Source of the DNA: a virus
Taxonomy: Duplodnaviria; Caudoviricetes
Strand: one strand, 5' to 3'
DNA: 40,383 nt
Virus record (IMG/VR): IMGVR_UViG_3300024297_000327
Coordinates: 1-40,383 of that record
Shown here: positions 8,936-18,467 of the stretch, one piece after another
Numbering within the stretch: the stretch's first letter is position 1
Layout: each line of letters starts with the position of its first letter
Made by a program: the position numbers and the translations under genes
Notes under the pieces: generated by a model
Told to the model about the DNA's origin: nothing
The model's database searches: none
What the model saw: the letters and a program-made list of their open reading frames with translations, nothing else

Positions 8936-9231
8936 TTGAGTCTGCTTCACCCAATCTAACGAAAATCTTAAATTTACTTGTAAAAAACAAAACTGAAAAA
9001 GTCTCTTGGGACGAACTTAACGGTTACATGGATAACATGGGCGGTGAGCAACATGACCAAGAGACTTTCAAAGCAGTTTACGACCAGGATCCAATAGTAC
9101 AAGAACTTGTTGCAAGTTTTGATCCTGAAGGCATAACACTCAAAGGTGGCGAAGAACCACAACAACCTGCACAAGGCGATGACACAGTTGACCAAATGGC
9201 TCAAAGTGCTACTGCCAATGCAATGCAATAA
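8932..9231 (+). CDS. Probable -1 frameshift extension of 8150..8935 (alternatively a 67 aa ORF from 9028)
   Basis: -1 frame open from the A9 run at 8923-8931 to TAA 9231; no clear SD before ATG 9028. Confidence 0.6.
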   Translation, partial: VIESASPNLTKILNLLVKNKTEKVSWDELNGYMDNMGGEQHDQETFKAVYDQDPIVQELVASFDPEGITLKGGEEPQQPAQGDDTVDQMAQSATANAMQ

Positions 9232-9250
9232 TCCACTTATAAAAAAACAC

Positions 9251-9279
9251 TTGACTTTATAACGTAAGTACTATATAAT
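9251..9279 (+). promoter_or_regulatory. sigma70-like promoter
   Basis: TTGACT-17 nt-TATAAT. Confidence 0.8.
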
Positions 9280-9303
9280 GTACGCTACGACTAAAGGTAA
9301 GTA

Positions 9304-9861
9304 ATGGAAAATTATAAAGAAGTTGCAGATCAATGGACTTGGCATTCTCTCTATCCTCAATATAGAGAGTTTGAAGTATTATTTGATAAAATTATTGCAG
9401 ATGACGAAAGCACCGGCACTACAACTGTAGATGGCGAGCAGATCTATATTCCAAAAGATAATCAAGACTACCAAAGAATACAAGATAGATTCTTTCTATG
9501 GCTTGAACAGCAACTTGCATTTAAAAATATAACCGAATTCAAATGTATTGAATCTTGGATCATCTACTATCAAAAAGGTGGATACCAAGGACTTCATGTA
9601 CATCAAGGAGATATGGATAAGAATACTTTTAGTGCCGTTATACACTTAGATGATGTTCCAATATATCATAATACAAAGAATAAGTTTAACGGTATGCTTT
9701 TTTCAATAATGCCAGAACCCAATGGATACCAACACCCACAACACTTTCCAAGTGTACAAGGAGGCATAGTATGCCTTGAAGGTAAAGTGTGGCACGGTGT
9801 GTATCCTACCGACAGTATTAGACGTACTGTCGTTTACGATATCGAATATAAGAGGAAATAA
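9304..9861 (+). CDS. 2OG-Fe(II) oxygenase-like protein (TIGR02466-like)
   Basis: GLHVH, FSAVIHL, WHGVYP, RRTVVYD double-stranded beta-helix motifs. Confidence 0.7.
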   Translation: MENYKEVADQWTWHSLYPQYREFEVLFDKIIADDESTGTTTVDGEQIYIPKDNQDYQRIQDRFFLWLEQQLAFKNITEFKCIESWIIYYQKGGYQGLHVHQGDMDKNTFSAVIHLDDVPIYHNTKNKFNGMLFSIMPEPNGYQHPQHFPSVQGGIVCLEGKVWHGVYPTDSIRRTVVYDIEYKRK

Positions 9862-9863
9862 TT

Positions 9864-10544
9864 TTGTCATTAATTACAGAACGCTATCAGTATAGCGAAA
9901 TCAAAAAACAGTCTGTTGACGGTAAACGTTTGTATGCTTGTCCAGATGGTAATGCTGTCGCAAGTGTTACTACAATCTTAGATAAAACAAAAGACAAGTC
10001 AGGATTGATTGCATGGAAGAAACGTGTAGGAGAACAAAAGGCCAAAGAGATTGTTACTGAAGCGGCTGGTGTTGGTACACGTATGCACAAGTACCTTGAA
10101 GACTATATTGAACTTGCAGAATGGCCACAGCCAGGCAGTAATCCATATGCCCAACAGGCACATAAAATGGCAACAGTAATTAAAGAAGAAGCAATGACGC
10201 ATGTAGATGAAGTATGGGGATCAGAGATTAACTTGTTTCATCCTAAGATCTATGCAGGAACTACAGACCTTGTAGGACAATACAAAGGACAGCCTGCTAT
10301 TATGGACTTTAAACAAACTAACAAACCTAAGAAAGCAGAATGGGTAGAGGATTACTATTTGCAACTTGTAGCCTATGCCTTAGCACATAACGAAATATAC
10401 GGTACAGATATTAAGGAAGGCCACGTATTCATGTGCAGTCGCGACTTACAGTATCAACAGTTCGATTTATTACCAGAAAACTTTGCAGAGTGGGAGCAAA
10501 AGTGGTGGGATCGTGTGTATATGTACTACGATAAGTTCGCTTGA
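9864..10544 (+). CDS. PD-(D/E)XK exonuclease (Cas4/MGME1-like phage exonuclease)
   Basis: SVTTIL, GTRMH, YAGTTD, IMDFKQT, QLVAYA motifs; TTG start with GAGG SD. Confidence 0.85.
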   Translation: MSLITERYQYSEIKKQSVDGKRLYACPDGNAVASVTTILDKTKDKSGLIAWKKRVGEQKAKEIVTEAAGVGTRMHKYLEDYIELAEWPQPGSNPYAQQAHKMATVIKEEAMTHVDEVWGSEINLFHPKIYAGTTDLVGQYKGQPAIMDFKQTNKPKKAEWVEDYYLQLVAYALAHNEIYGTDIKEGHVFMCSRDLQYQQFDLLPENFAEWEQKWWDRVYMYYDKFA

Positions 10545-10581
10545 AGTCGATAAATACTAATAACAATTTAGGAGTTAGTAA

Positions 10582-12195
10582 GTGGCTGTAGTTCAAATAT
10601 CAAGAATTCAAATACGTAGAGGACGCAAAAACAGTGGTTCAGGAATACCTCAACTTGCAGGTGGTGAACTTGGCTGGGCAGTAGACTCACAAGAACTATA
10701 CATTGGTAACGGCAGTGTTAGTGAAGGATCACCGGCAGTAGGTAATACAAAAGTATTAACTGAAAACGATAACCTTTTTACACTTGCAGATCAATACACT
10801 TATCAAGATGGCACAATCCAAACTGGTGCAACAGTTAGTGGACCAATCAAAAGAACACTTCAAAGCAGATTAGATGACATCGTTAGCATTAAGTCTTTCG
10901 GTGGAATAGGTGATGGTTCAGATCAAACTTCAACACTACAACGTGCTATTGATCAGTTGTTTATTAACACTGCTTCAAAAGGTACAACACAAAGTAGAGT
11001 TACACTTGTTTTAGAAGCAGGTACATATAACATTTCAAACTCAATTAAGATACCTCCACACGCAACTATCAAAGGTGCAGGTAGAAACAAAACATTTATT
11101 ATACAGACAGGCAACTATCCTATCTTTACTACAGTGAACAGTAACAGTACACCAGGCAACTATGCTGATGACAGTACAAGTACATCACTTACACAAGCAC
11201 AAGACATTACATTAGAAGGCATGACACTACAACACAACTTAGGAAGTTTCACAGGTATTGAACTTGTAAGTTGTAAGAACAGTGTGTTTAAGAACTTACA
11301 GATAAAAGGACCGTGGACATCAGGCATAGGTATTGTTGCGGCAAGTATTGGAGTTAGCATGGACAACCTAAGTACAGTTGTTGGTTGTTTCAATAACTTG
11401 TTTGATGATGTTAAGATTGATGGCTTTGCTCACGGTGTTAAGAGTGATGACGATGTATACGAAAATACATTTACAAATTGTTTGTTTGATCTTTTATCAT
11501 ACGGAGTATGGTTTGGAGAGAACACAATCGTAGGTGCTCAAGGACAATCAACAGGACCACAAAGAAACTTGTTTGAAAGTTCTACATTTAGTAACATTGA
11601 TAGAAACGCAATCATTTTCCAAACAGGCAGATACAATGTAAGTTCAAATAACAAATTTTTAAATGTAGGTAACAACGGCGGTACAAGTACTGCGGCGGCT
11701 TACACTATTATCAATAGTGTACAGGAAGGCAACAAGACTTGTGGCGATTGGTTTAGCAGAACAAACGATCTTATGTTAGATACTGCTTTCCAAACTACAC
11801 CTTACATTTCAGAAGTACAAGGACCAATCCATTCAGGATATAGTTTTAGTAATAAGATACAAACAATTCAACAGAACTCATTTGAAACTATCTTTAGACT
11901 ACCAGGTGACTATACTCGTACATACATTATTGAATACCAATATAAGAGTAACCAAGTAGATGCTATGCGTCAAGGTATATTAGAAGTTATTGTTAACAAA
12001 AGCAATGACTCAGTAACATACAGTGACACATATGACTATAACGGAGATGCAGGAATTGCAGACAAGTTAGAGTTAAAAGCACAACTATTTGATATCAATT
12101 CTGATACTGTTAACGACACGTTAGCAATTAGAATGAAGAACACCGTGGTTAGTGAAAATGCCGACTTTACATACAAAGTATCAATTAAAAATTAA
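10582..12195 (+). CDS. Virion structural protein with pectate-lyase-like beta-helix (tail fibre/baseplate type)
   Basis: N-terminal IQIRRG..L..GELGWAVDSQELYIGNG; VSIKSFGGIGDGSDQT..LQRAID beta-helix cap; TAAATA at 10551; GTG start with AGGAG. Confidence 0.7.
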   Translation: MAVVQISRIQIRRGRKNSGSGIPQLAGGELGWAVDSQELYIGNGSVSEGSPAVGNTKVLTENDNLFTLADQYTYQDGTIQTGATVSGPIKRTLQSRLDDIVSIKSFGGIGDGSDQTSTLQRAIDQLFINTASKGTTQSRVTLVLEAGTYNISNSIKIPPHATIKGAGRNKTFIIQTGNYPIFTTVNSNSTPGNYADDSTSTSLTQAQDITLEGMTLQHNLGSFTGIELVSCKNSVFKNLQIKGPWTSGIGIVAASIGVSMDNLSTVVGCFNNLFDDVKIDGFAHGVKSDDDVYENTFTNCLFDLLSYGVWFGENTIVGAQGQSTGPQRNLFESSTFSNIDRNAIIFQTGRYNVSSNNKFLNVGNNGGTSTAAAYTIINSVQEGNKTCGDWFSRTNDLMLDTAFQTTPYISEVQGPIHSGYSFSNKIQTIQQNSFETIFRLPGDYTRTYIIEYQYKSNQVDAMRQGILEVIVNKSNDSVTYSDTYDYNGDAGIADKLELKAQLFDINSDTVNDTLAIRMKNTVVSENADFTYKVSIKN

Positions 12196-12206
12196 ATAGT
12201 AACATA

Positions 12207-12635
12207 ATGTTTTCAGAAGTATATGAGGATAGATTAATCAAATGGAAGGCACTCCGAGACACACTCGAAGCATCGAAAGATCCGTTACGTGATGTTGTAG
12301 AAGCCTACTCACATGCTCCGGTAGTACATAACAAGAGTATTAACATATGGGATAACCGAACTTGGCGTGGTCCATGGGAACTTATTCAGGAAAATGGTTA
12401 CACAGAGACTTGCATTATTTTAGGAATATGTTATACTTTACAATTAACAGAACGGTTTTCCAAGAACCGTTTTGAGATACATATTATTACGGAAGTTGAA
12501 AAACAGGAAACCTTTATGCTCTTATCTATAGGACAAACTTTTATACAACCTATGGGCAAAAGCATAATACAACACAACGAAGCGCCAGGAAGTTGGGTAC
12601 CACAAAAGGTATATCCAATGCCAGCTCTTCACTAA
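12207..12635 (+). CDS. Hypothetical phage protein
   Basis: 142 aa ORF 8 nt after TAAATA (12193). Confidence 0.7.
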   Translation: MFSEVYEDRLIKWKALRDTLEASKDPLRDVVEAYSHAPVVHNKSINIWDNRTWRGPWELIQENGYTETCIILGICYTLQLTERFSKNRFEIHIITEVEKQETFMLLSIGQTFIQPMGKSIIQHNEAPGSWVPQKVYPMPALH

Positions 12636-12674
12636 ATATTTTTTTGCATAATGTAAGAAAGAAGAGGAAGTCGA

Positions 12675-15005
12675 ATGTCAAATATTAACATAAAAAAGCG
12701 TGATGGTTCCAGCGAGCCATTAGATGTAAACAAGATCCACAAGGTAGTAGAATTTGCATGTGAAGGATTAACAGGCGTTAGTTCATCGCAAGTAGAAATG
12801 AGTTCACACATTCAGTTTTACGATGGTATGTCGTCAGACGAAATTCAAGAAATTATGATCAAGTCTGCAAATGATTTGATTAGTTTAGAAAATCCTAACT
12901 ATCAATATGTGGCGTCACGTTTATTATTGTACGCAACATACAAAGATGTCTACGGCGAATTCGACAATGCTCCTCTTATGCAAATGATTAAGACAAACAT
13001 CGACCGTGGTGTTTACGATCCAGACATCTTAGAACAATACTCAGAAGAAGAAATATTAACATTAGACAAATACATTAAACGTAACCGTGATGAGAACTTT
13101 ACGTATGCAGGACTAAGACAAATTGTTGACAAGTACCTGTGTCAAGATAGAAGCAGTGGACAACTGTTTGAAACTCCTCAGCACATGTATATGATGATTG
13201 CCGCAACTTTGTTTGCAAATTATCCTAAAGCGGAAAGAATGTACTACGTAAGGAGATACTATGACGCGACCTCGCTTTTTAAAATCAACATACCGACCCC
13301 TGTTATGGCAGGCGTTCGAACTCCTGTTCGCCAGTTTGCTTCTTGTGTTCTTGTTGATAGTGATGATAGCCTCGATTCCATTTTTAGTAGTGACATGGCT
13401 ATTGGACGTTACACGGCCCAAAGAGCAGGCATCGGAATTAATAGTGGAAGAATTAGAGCCATCAACTCAAAGATCAGAGGAGGAGAAGTAGCACACACAG
13501 GTGTTATTCCTTTCCTTAAAAAGTTTGAAAGTACTGTACGTTGTTGTACACAGAATGGTGTACGTGGCGGTAGTGCTACTGTCCATTTTCCATTGTGGCA
13601 CAAAGAGATTGAAGACATCCTTGTACTAAAAAATAACAAAGGTACAGAGGACAACAGAGTACGTAAGTTAGATTATTCAATTCAACTTAATAAATTAATG
13701 TATGAAAGGTTTTTGGCTGGTAGCGAAATAAGTCTTTTCTCACCACACGATGTGCCAGGACTATACGAAGCATTCTATAGCGACCAACAAGAGTTTGAAA
13801 GACTTTATAAGTTAGCAGAAAAGGATCCTAAGGTTAAAAAGAAAACTATTCCAGCAATGGAACTGTTTAGTTCAATGTTAAAAGAACGTGCTGAAACAGG
13901 ACGTATCTATCTTATGAACGTTGACCATGCTAATACACACAGTTCATTCAAAGACACAGTGTACATGAGTAACTTGTGTCAAGAGATTACATTGCCAACT
14001 AAACCATTGAAGCACATTGATGATGAGCAAGGTGAGATTGCATTGTGTATCCTTTCTGCAATTAACGTAGGTGTACTTAAAGAGTTAGATGACTTAGAAG
14101 AACTATGTGAACTTGCCGTTAGAGCATTAGATGAAATTATTGATTACCAAAGATATCCTGTGAAAGCGGCAGAAGTATCTACAAAAGCAAGACGTTCGTT
14201 AGGCGTAGGTTATATTGGACTTGCACACTACTTGGCTCGCGAAGGAGTTAAATACAACGACAAGAAAGCATTAACAAAAGTACACGAACTGTCAGAAGCA
14301 TTTCAATACTACTTGTTAAAGGCTTCTAACAAACTTGCACAAGAGAAAGGTAAATGTGATTACTTTGATAGAACAAAATATGCTGATGGCTTTTTACCAA
14401 TTGACCATTACAAAAAAGAACTTGATGAAGTATGTAACATTAAACTAAAGTATGATTGGGAAAATCTTAGATCACTTATCGCTGAGTCCGGCCTACGGCA
14501 CTCAACTTTGTCCGCACAGATGCCATCGGAAAGCAGTTCCATTGTGTCGAATGCCACAAACGGTATTGAGCCACCTCGAGGATACTTGTCCGTTAAGAAA
14601 AGCAAGAAAGGGCCTCTTAAGCAGATTGTTCCACAATATACTACATTAAAGAATTACTACACACTACTTTGGGATATGCCAAGCAATGATGGTTATATCA
14701 ATATAGTAGCAGTAATGCAGAAGTTTTTCGATCAAGCCATTAGTGGTAACTGGTCATATAATCCAACACACTTCGAAAACAATGAAGTACCTATGAGCAT
14801 AATGTTTAAGGACTTATTGAACACATACAAGTACGGTTGGAAGACAAGTTATTATCAGAATACTTATGACTTTAAAGGTGCTGATGAAGTAGAAGAACCG
14901 AAAGAAGAGATAAGTACTCCACTTGTCAATGTAGAAGTTCCAAGAGACCAATTTAACGGTTCTGATGAAGAATACGAAGAATATTGCGACTCTTGTGCAA
15001 TTTAA
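12675..15005 (+). CDS. nrdA: Ribonucleotide reductase class Ia alpha subunit
   Basis: N-terminal ATP cone, QFASCVL, SNLCQEI, MPSESSS..SNATNGIEP, KTSYY, C-terminal CDSCAI. Confidence 0.98.
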   Translation: MSNINIKKRDGSSEPLDVNKIHKVVEFACEGLTGVSSSQVEMSSHIQFYDGMSSDEIQEIMIKSANDLISLENPNYQYVASRLLLYATYKDVYGEFDNAPLMQMIKTNIDRGVYDPDILEQYSEEEILTLDKYIKRNRDENFTYAGLRQIVDKYLCQDRSSGQLFETPQHMYMMIAATLFANYPKAERMYYVRRYYDATSLFKINIPTPVMAGVRTPVRQFASCVLVDSDDSLDSIFSSDMAIGRYTAQRAGIGINSGRIRAINSKIRGGEVAHTGVIPFLKKFESTVRCCTQNGVRGGSATVHFPLWHKEIEDILVLKNNKGTEDNRVRKLDYSIQLNKLMYERFLAGSEISLFSPHDVPGLYEAFYSDQQEFERLYKLAEKDPKVKKKTIPAMELFSSMLKERAETGRIYLMNVDHANTHSSFKDTVYMSNLCQEITLPTKPLKHIDDEQGEIALCILSAINVGVLKELDDLEELCELAVRALDEIIDYQRYPVKAAEVSTKARRSLGVGYIGLAHYLAREGVKYNDKKALTKVHELSEAFQYYLLKASNKLAQEKGKCDYFDRTKYADGFLPIDHYKKELDEVCNIKLKYDWENLRSLIAESGLRHSTLSAQMPSESSSIVSNATNGIEPPRGYLSVKKSKKGPLKQIVPQYTTLKNYYTLLWDMPSNDGYINIVAVMQKFFDQAISGNWSYNPTHFENNEVPMSIMFKDLLNTYKYGWKTSYYQNTYDFKGADEVEEPKEEISTPLVNVEVPRDQFNGSDEEYEEYCDSCAI

Positions 15006-15008
15006 TAC

Positions 15009-15037
15009 TTGACAAACTTAAATAAAGATAGTAACAT
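15009..15037 (+). promoter_or_regulatory. sigma70-like promoter for nrdB (TAAATA in spacer)
   Basis: TTGACA-17 nt-TAACAT. Confidence 0.65.
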
Positions 15038-15070
15038 ATACAAGTACATAGAGAGAGGTGCATAAAGCAA

Positions 15071-16177
15071 ATGTCAAAGAAAACAGTGTTCAATAAGAAC
15101 AAAGTAGATTTCACAAAGCAACACATGTTCTTTGGTGAGGATCAGAATACTCAGAGGTATGACGTATTCAAATACCCAGAATTTGATAAACTTAATCAGA
15201 CAATGTTAAGTTATTTTTGGAGACCTGAGGAGGTTTCCCTTCAGAAGGATAGGGCGGACTATGCACAGTTTCGTCCAGAGCAAAAACATATCTTTACAAG
15301 TAACTTGAAATATCAAACGTTACTTGATAGTGTACAAGGAAGAGGACCATGTCTTGCTTTCTTGCCATATGTTTCTGTACCTGAATTAGAAAGTTGTGTT
15401 GTAGCATGGGACTTCTTTGAAACTATCCATAGTCGTTCATATACACATATTGTTAAGAACGTCTATCCTGATCCAGCAGAAGTGTTTGATACAATCTTAG
15501 ATGATGAGAAAATTATCGAACGTGCTGAAAGTGTTACAAAAGAATACGATAAGTTTTATAATATCGCTACTGATTACTTTGAAAGAGGTAAAGGCGATTT
15601 ATACGAAGTTAAGAAACAACTGTACAAAGCAATGATGACTGTAAACATCTTAGAAGGTTTACGTTTTTATGTTTCATTTGCATGTACGTTTGCATTTGGT
15701 GAACTTAAACTTATGGAAGGGTCTGCAAAGATCATTTCATTAATTGCAAGAGATGAAGCAACACACCTTAACCTTTCAACGCACATTCTAAAGCATTGGG
15801 CGAAAGGTGATGACGATCCAGACTTTGTTAAGATTGCAAAAGAATGTGAAGAAGATGTTTATCAGATGTGGAGAGATTGTGTTGACGAAGAAAAACGTTG
15901 GGCAGACTATTTGTTCAAAGACGGATCAATTATTGGTTTGAACGAGAACTTACTACATGCCTATGTAGAGTTTATTGCTAACAAGAGATTGAAAGCACTT
16001 GGTCTTAAAACAATTTACGATCGTCCACTTAACACTAATCCTTTACCTTGGACACAACATTGGTTGTCAAGTGCAGGATTACAAGTCGCACCACAAGAAA
16101 CAGAAGTCGAGAGTTATCTAATTGGTGGAATTAAACAAGACGTAGAAAAAGATACGTTCAAAGGATTTACTCTATAA
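15071..16177 (+). CDS. nrdB: Ribonucleotide reductase class Ia beta subunit
   Basis: FWRPEEV, LDSVQGR, ETIHSRSYTH, LEGLRFYVSF, RDEATH, VAPQETEVESY. Confidence 0.98.
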   Translation: MSKKTVFNKNKVDFTKQHMFFGEDQNTQRYDVFKYPEFDKLNQTMLSYFWRPEEVSLQKDRADYAQFRPEQKHIFTSNLKYQTLLDSVQGRGPCLAFLPYVSVPELESCVVAWDFFETIHSRSYTHIVKNVYPDPAEVFDTILDDEKIIERAESVTKEYDKFYNIATDYFERGKGDLYEVKKQLYKAMMTVNILEGLRFYVSFACTFAFGELKLMEGSAKIISLIARDEATHLNLSTHILKHWAKGDDDPDFVKIAKECEEDVYQMWRDCVDEEKRWADYLFKDGSIIGLNENLLHAYVEFIANKRLKALGLKTIYDRPLNTNPLPWTQHWLSSAGLQVAPQETEVESYLIGGIKQDVEKDTFKGFTL

Positions 16178-16197
16178 CCAAAAGCAAAGGAAGTACA

Positions 16198-16470
16198 ATG
16201 AGCAAACAACCAACAGTCGTTTATTCAAAACCATCTTGCCCTTCGTGTGTTAAAGCAAAGGCACTATTAGATAATTTGAATATTGAATACACAGTAAAAG
16301 AAGTCGGAACAGACTTAACCCGTGAGCAATTACTTGAAGAATTTGAAGTAAATGGTATGCCACAGCCAAGATCGGTACCGCAAATTATCCTTAACGGTAA
16401 GTATATAGGAGGCTATGAGGCTTTGGCTTCATATGTTGAAGAAACCGGAATGGAAGGAATTAAACAATAA
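16198..16470 (+). CDS. Glutaredoxin
   Basis: CPSC active site, RSVPQI, YIGGY; adjacent to nrdAB. Confidence 0.93.
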   Translation: MSKQPTVVYSKPSCPSCVKAKALLDNLNIEYTVKEVGTDLTREQLLEEFEVNGMPQPRSVPQIILNGKYIGGYEALASYVEETGMEGIKQ

Positions 16471-16763
16471 TGCTAATTGAAACACCATACAAAAAAGGAG
16501 ATACTGTATCTATCAAACTCGTATCAGGAGAAGAGATAGTTGCTCGTATTGAATCTATTGGAGATGATGTTTACAAATTGCATAAGCCGTTAACACTGAT
16601 GCAAGGTCCAAAAGGTCTTGTGTTAGGTTCCTTTATGATGACTGCTAATCCACTTGCAGATATTACACTACCAAGAACAAGTGTAATGGTTATTGCAGAG
16701 TGTGAGAAGGAGACACAGAAGAAGTATATTGAAGTAACCACAGGGATTAAAACATTATCATGA
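16470..16763 (+). CDS. Sm-like/SH3-like beta-barrel hypothetical protein
   Basis: VSIKLVSGEEIVARI pattern; C-terminal YIEVTTGI. Confidence 0.55.
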   Translation: MLIETPYKKGDTVSIKLVSGEEIVARIESIGDDVYKLHKPLTLMQGPKGLVLGSFMMTANPLADITLPRTSVMVIAECEKETQKKYIEVTTGIKTLS

Positions 16764-17374
16764 GCAACAAATTAATTTTAATCGATATTGACGGTACAGT
16801 CTTAGACTGGAAGAACAGTTTCTTACAATTCATGGCTTTGGAAAATATTGTTGAAGTAGACAATACAAAATACAAAGTTACTGAATGGATGCAAGAACGA
16901 CATGGTAAAGAGATAAGTGTAGAACAAGGCAAGTTCTTAATCGAGTATTTCAACAGAAGTGCTTGGATCGCTTTCTTGGAACCATTGAGAGACAGTGTAG
17001 AGGTTATGAAAGCACTTAAAGAAAAAGGCTATGAATTTAAGGCTATCACATCATTACACACGGACAGGCCTGCACAAGCACTACGCAGAATGAACTGCGA
17101 AGATGTGTTTGGTAAAGGCACTATTTCCGACATTACCTTTTTGCCTACGGGTGCTGACAAAGATGAAGCACTTGCAAAGTACGAAGGTTCAGGGGCCTGG
17201 TGGATAGAAGATAAGGTAGAAAATGCATTGGTCGGTAAACGACTTGGACTGAACCCTATCATCATCGAACACGAATATAATAAGAACGAATTCGTAGACG
17301 GTATTCCACTTGCAAAGTTCTGGAGCACCGTTTATAAACACATTACAGGAGAAAGATATGTCAACAATTCATGA
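16760..17374 (+). CDS. HAD-superfamily phosphatase / 5'(3')-deoxyribonucleotidase-like
   Basis: LIDIDGTVLDW motif I, AITS motif II, K then WIEDK..N. Confidence 0.85.
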   Translation: MSNKLILIDIDGTVLDWKNSFLQFMALENIVEVDNTKYKVTEWMQERHGKEISVEQGKFLIEYFNRSAWIAFLEPLRDSVEVMKALKEKGYEFKAITSLHTDRPAQALRRMNCEDVFGKGTISDITFLPTGADKDEALAKYEGSGAWWIEDKVENALVGKRLGLNPIIIEHEYNKNEFVDGIPLAKFWSTVYKHITGERYVNNS

Positions 17375-17537
17375 GCAAATTATTGCTGAATATGAAAACT
17401 ATTTAAAAGAGTCAGAGTCATTCGATACAAAGAATGTCAAAGCGGCGGCGGCAAGAGCAAGAAAAGCCTTAGGTAACATGGGTAAACTTGCAAAGTCAAG
17501 ACGTGCTGAGATTCAAGAGAAGAAAAACGCTCTTTAA
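17358..17537 (+). CDS. Small basic histone-H1/Hc1-like protein
   Basis: KAAAARARKALGNMGKLAKSRRAEIQEKK; AGGAG SD before ATG 17358. Confidence 0.65.
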   Translation: MSTIHEQIIAEYENYLKESESFDTKNVKAAAARARKALGNMGKLAKSRRAEIQEKKNAL

Positions 17538-17554
17538 TTTCTATAAACTTAATA

Positions 17555-17588
17555 CAAGGAAACAGTACTTTTTTGTACTGTTTTCTTG
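17555..17588 (+). terminator. Intrinsic terminator-like hairpin
   Basis: CAAGGAAACAGTAC-TTTTTT-GTACTGTTTTCTTG. Confidence 0.75.
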
Positions 17589-17645
17589 ATAAATAGATTC
17601 CTATAACTAAATATAAGTATAAATTAGAGGGTACTTAATAATATA

Positions 17646-17855
17646 ATGAACAACGGAAATTTAAAATGGTATAATCCTGTAAAAGGATTTGGTTTCATTA
17701 CGCCAAGTGGTGCAACCAAGGACATATTTGTCCATATTTCAGAATTCAAAAAAGCAGGCATAGTTGAGGACTCTATCGTTGAAGGTATGGCATTAACATA
17801 CGACGAAGTAGAGTTCAGGGGCAAAACTGTCGCCGGCAATCTTAAAAAAGTCTAA
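17646..17855 (+). CDS. cspA: Cold-shock domain protein
   Basis: KWYNPVKGFGFI (RNP1), DIFVHIS (RNP2). Confidence 0.93.
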   Translation: MNNGNLKWYNPVKGFGFITPSGATKDIFVHISEFKKAGIVEDSIVEGMALTYDEVEFRGKTVAGNLKKV

Positions 17856-17859
17856 TCCT

Positions 17860-18159
17860 ATGAAGTGTACTCAAGGCGATGTAGCCCACATCACTTTTTC
17901 CATACGACCACAAAATGTTGGCTTGATAGTAAAAGTAAAAGAGTATATAGGAAAGTTTGAAAAAGGCGAGCAATTCCAATTCAGAGGTATGCCTTGCCAA
18001 TGCTTAATATCTGACCATTACTGGTGGATAGAAGCAGAAGACATCACAACATTACTTGGGCCAAGTCCCCAAGCCTACATAGCAGATAGTTGGTTAGAAC
18101 CAATTAAACAGCCTAAAAAAGCAATAAAAGTTAAAAAAGAGGTTGACATCTTAGCCTAA
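17860..18159 (+). CDS. Hypothetical phage protein
   Basis: 99 aa ORF, MKCTQGDVA...IADSWLEPI. Confidence 0.7.
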   Translation: MKCTQGDVAHITFSIRPQNVGLIVKVKEYIGKFEKGEQFQFRGMPCQCLISDHYWWIEAEDITTLLGPSPQAYIADSWLEPIKQPKKAIKVKKEVDILA

Positions 18160-18177
18160 AGATGTTTAAATAGTATT

Positions 18178-18434
18178 GTAACGTTGAAGCGTGGCGACAA
18201 CGAACTGGACCCGGGTGCAATTCCCGGCACCTCCACCAATCACTTAAAACACATCACGGTGTGCTTTGAGGGGGTGATGTAGGATCGACAGGCGGATTAG
18301 GCATTGTGGAGTTACCGGTAGGCGATGACCGTAAATCAAGCAAAACTATAGACGCAAACGAAAACTTTGCTCTTGCCGCATAGTCTAACTATGTGACGGG
18401 GTTGGCAACTTACCTGGCAACAGAAAAGTTGCAC
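18178..18434 (+). ncRNA. ssrA: Circularly permuted two-piece tmRNA
   Basis: Acceptor piece with T-arm CCGGG-TGCAATT-CCCGG and CACCTCC-ACCA ending at 18238; intervening segment 18239-18269; coding piece starts GGGGGTG at 18270 (G3.U70); tag GCA..TAG 18354-18383 = ANENFALAA; outer ends approximate. Confidence 0.93.
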
Positions 18435-18467
18435 TTAACAAAGCCGTCGGCAGAGAAGGACAATCAA

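Noticed and set aside
9864-10544. Cas4-like nuclease as evidence of a CRISPR system
   Set aside because: No repeat-spacer array or other cas genes seen; stand-alone phage exonucleases of this type are common
12675-16177. Introns, inteins or homing endonucleases in nrdA/nrdB
   Set aside because: Both ORFs are continuous and of normal length
18200-18238. Apparent truncated tRNA (T arm plus CCA)
   Set aside because: It is the acceptor piece of the permuted tmRNA; its pairing partner lies downstream at 18270
18393-18467. Longer GTG start for the glycine-zipper gene
   Set aside because: Overlaps the tmRNA 3' region; ATG 18468 has an SD and begins a signal peptide
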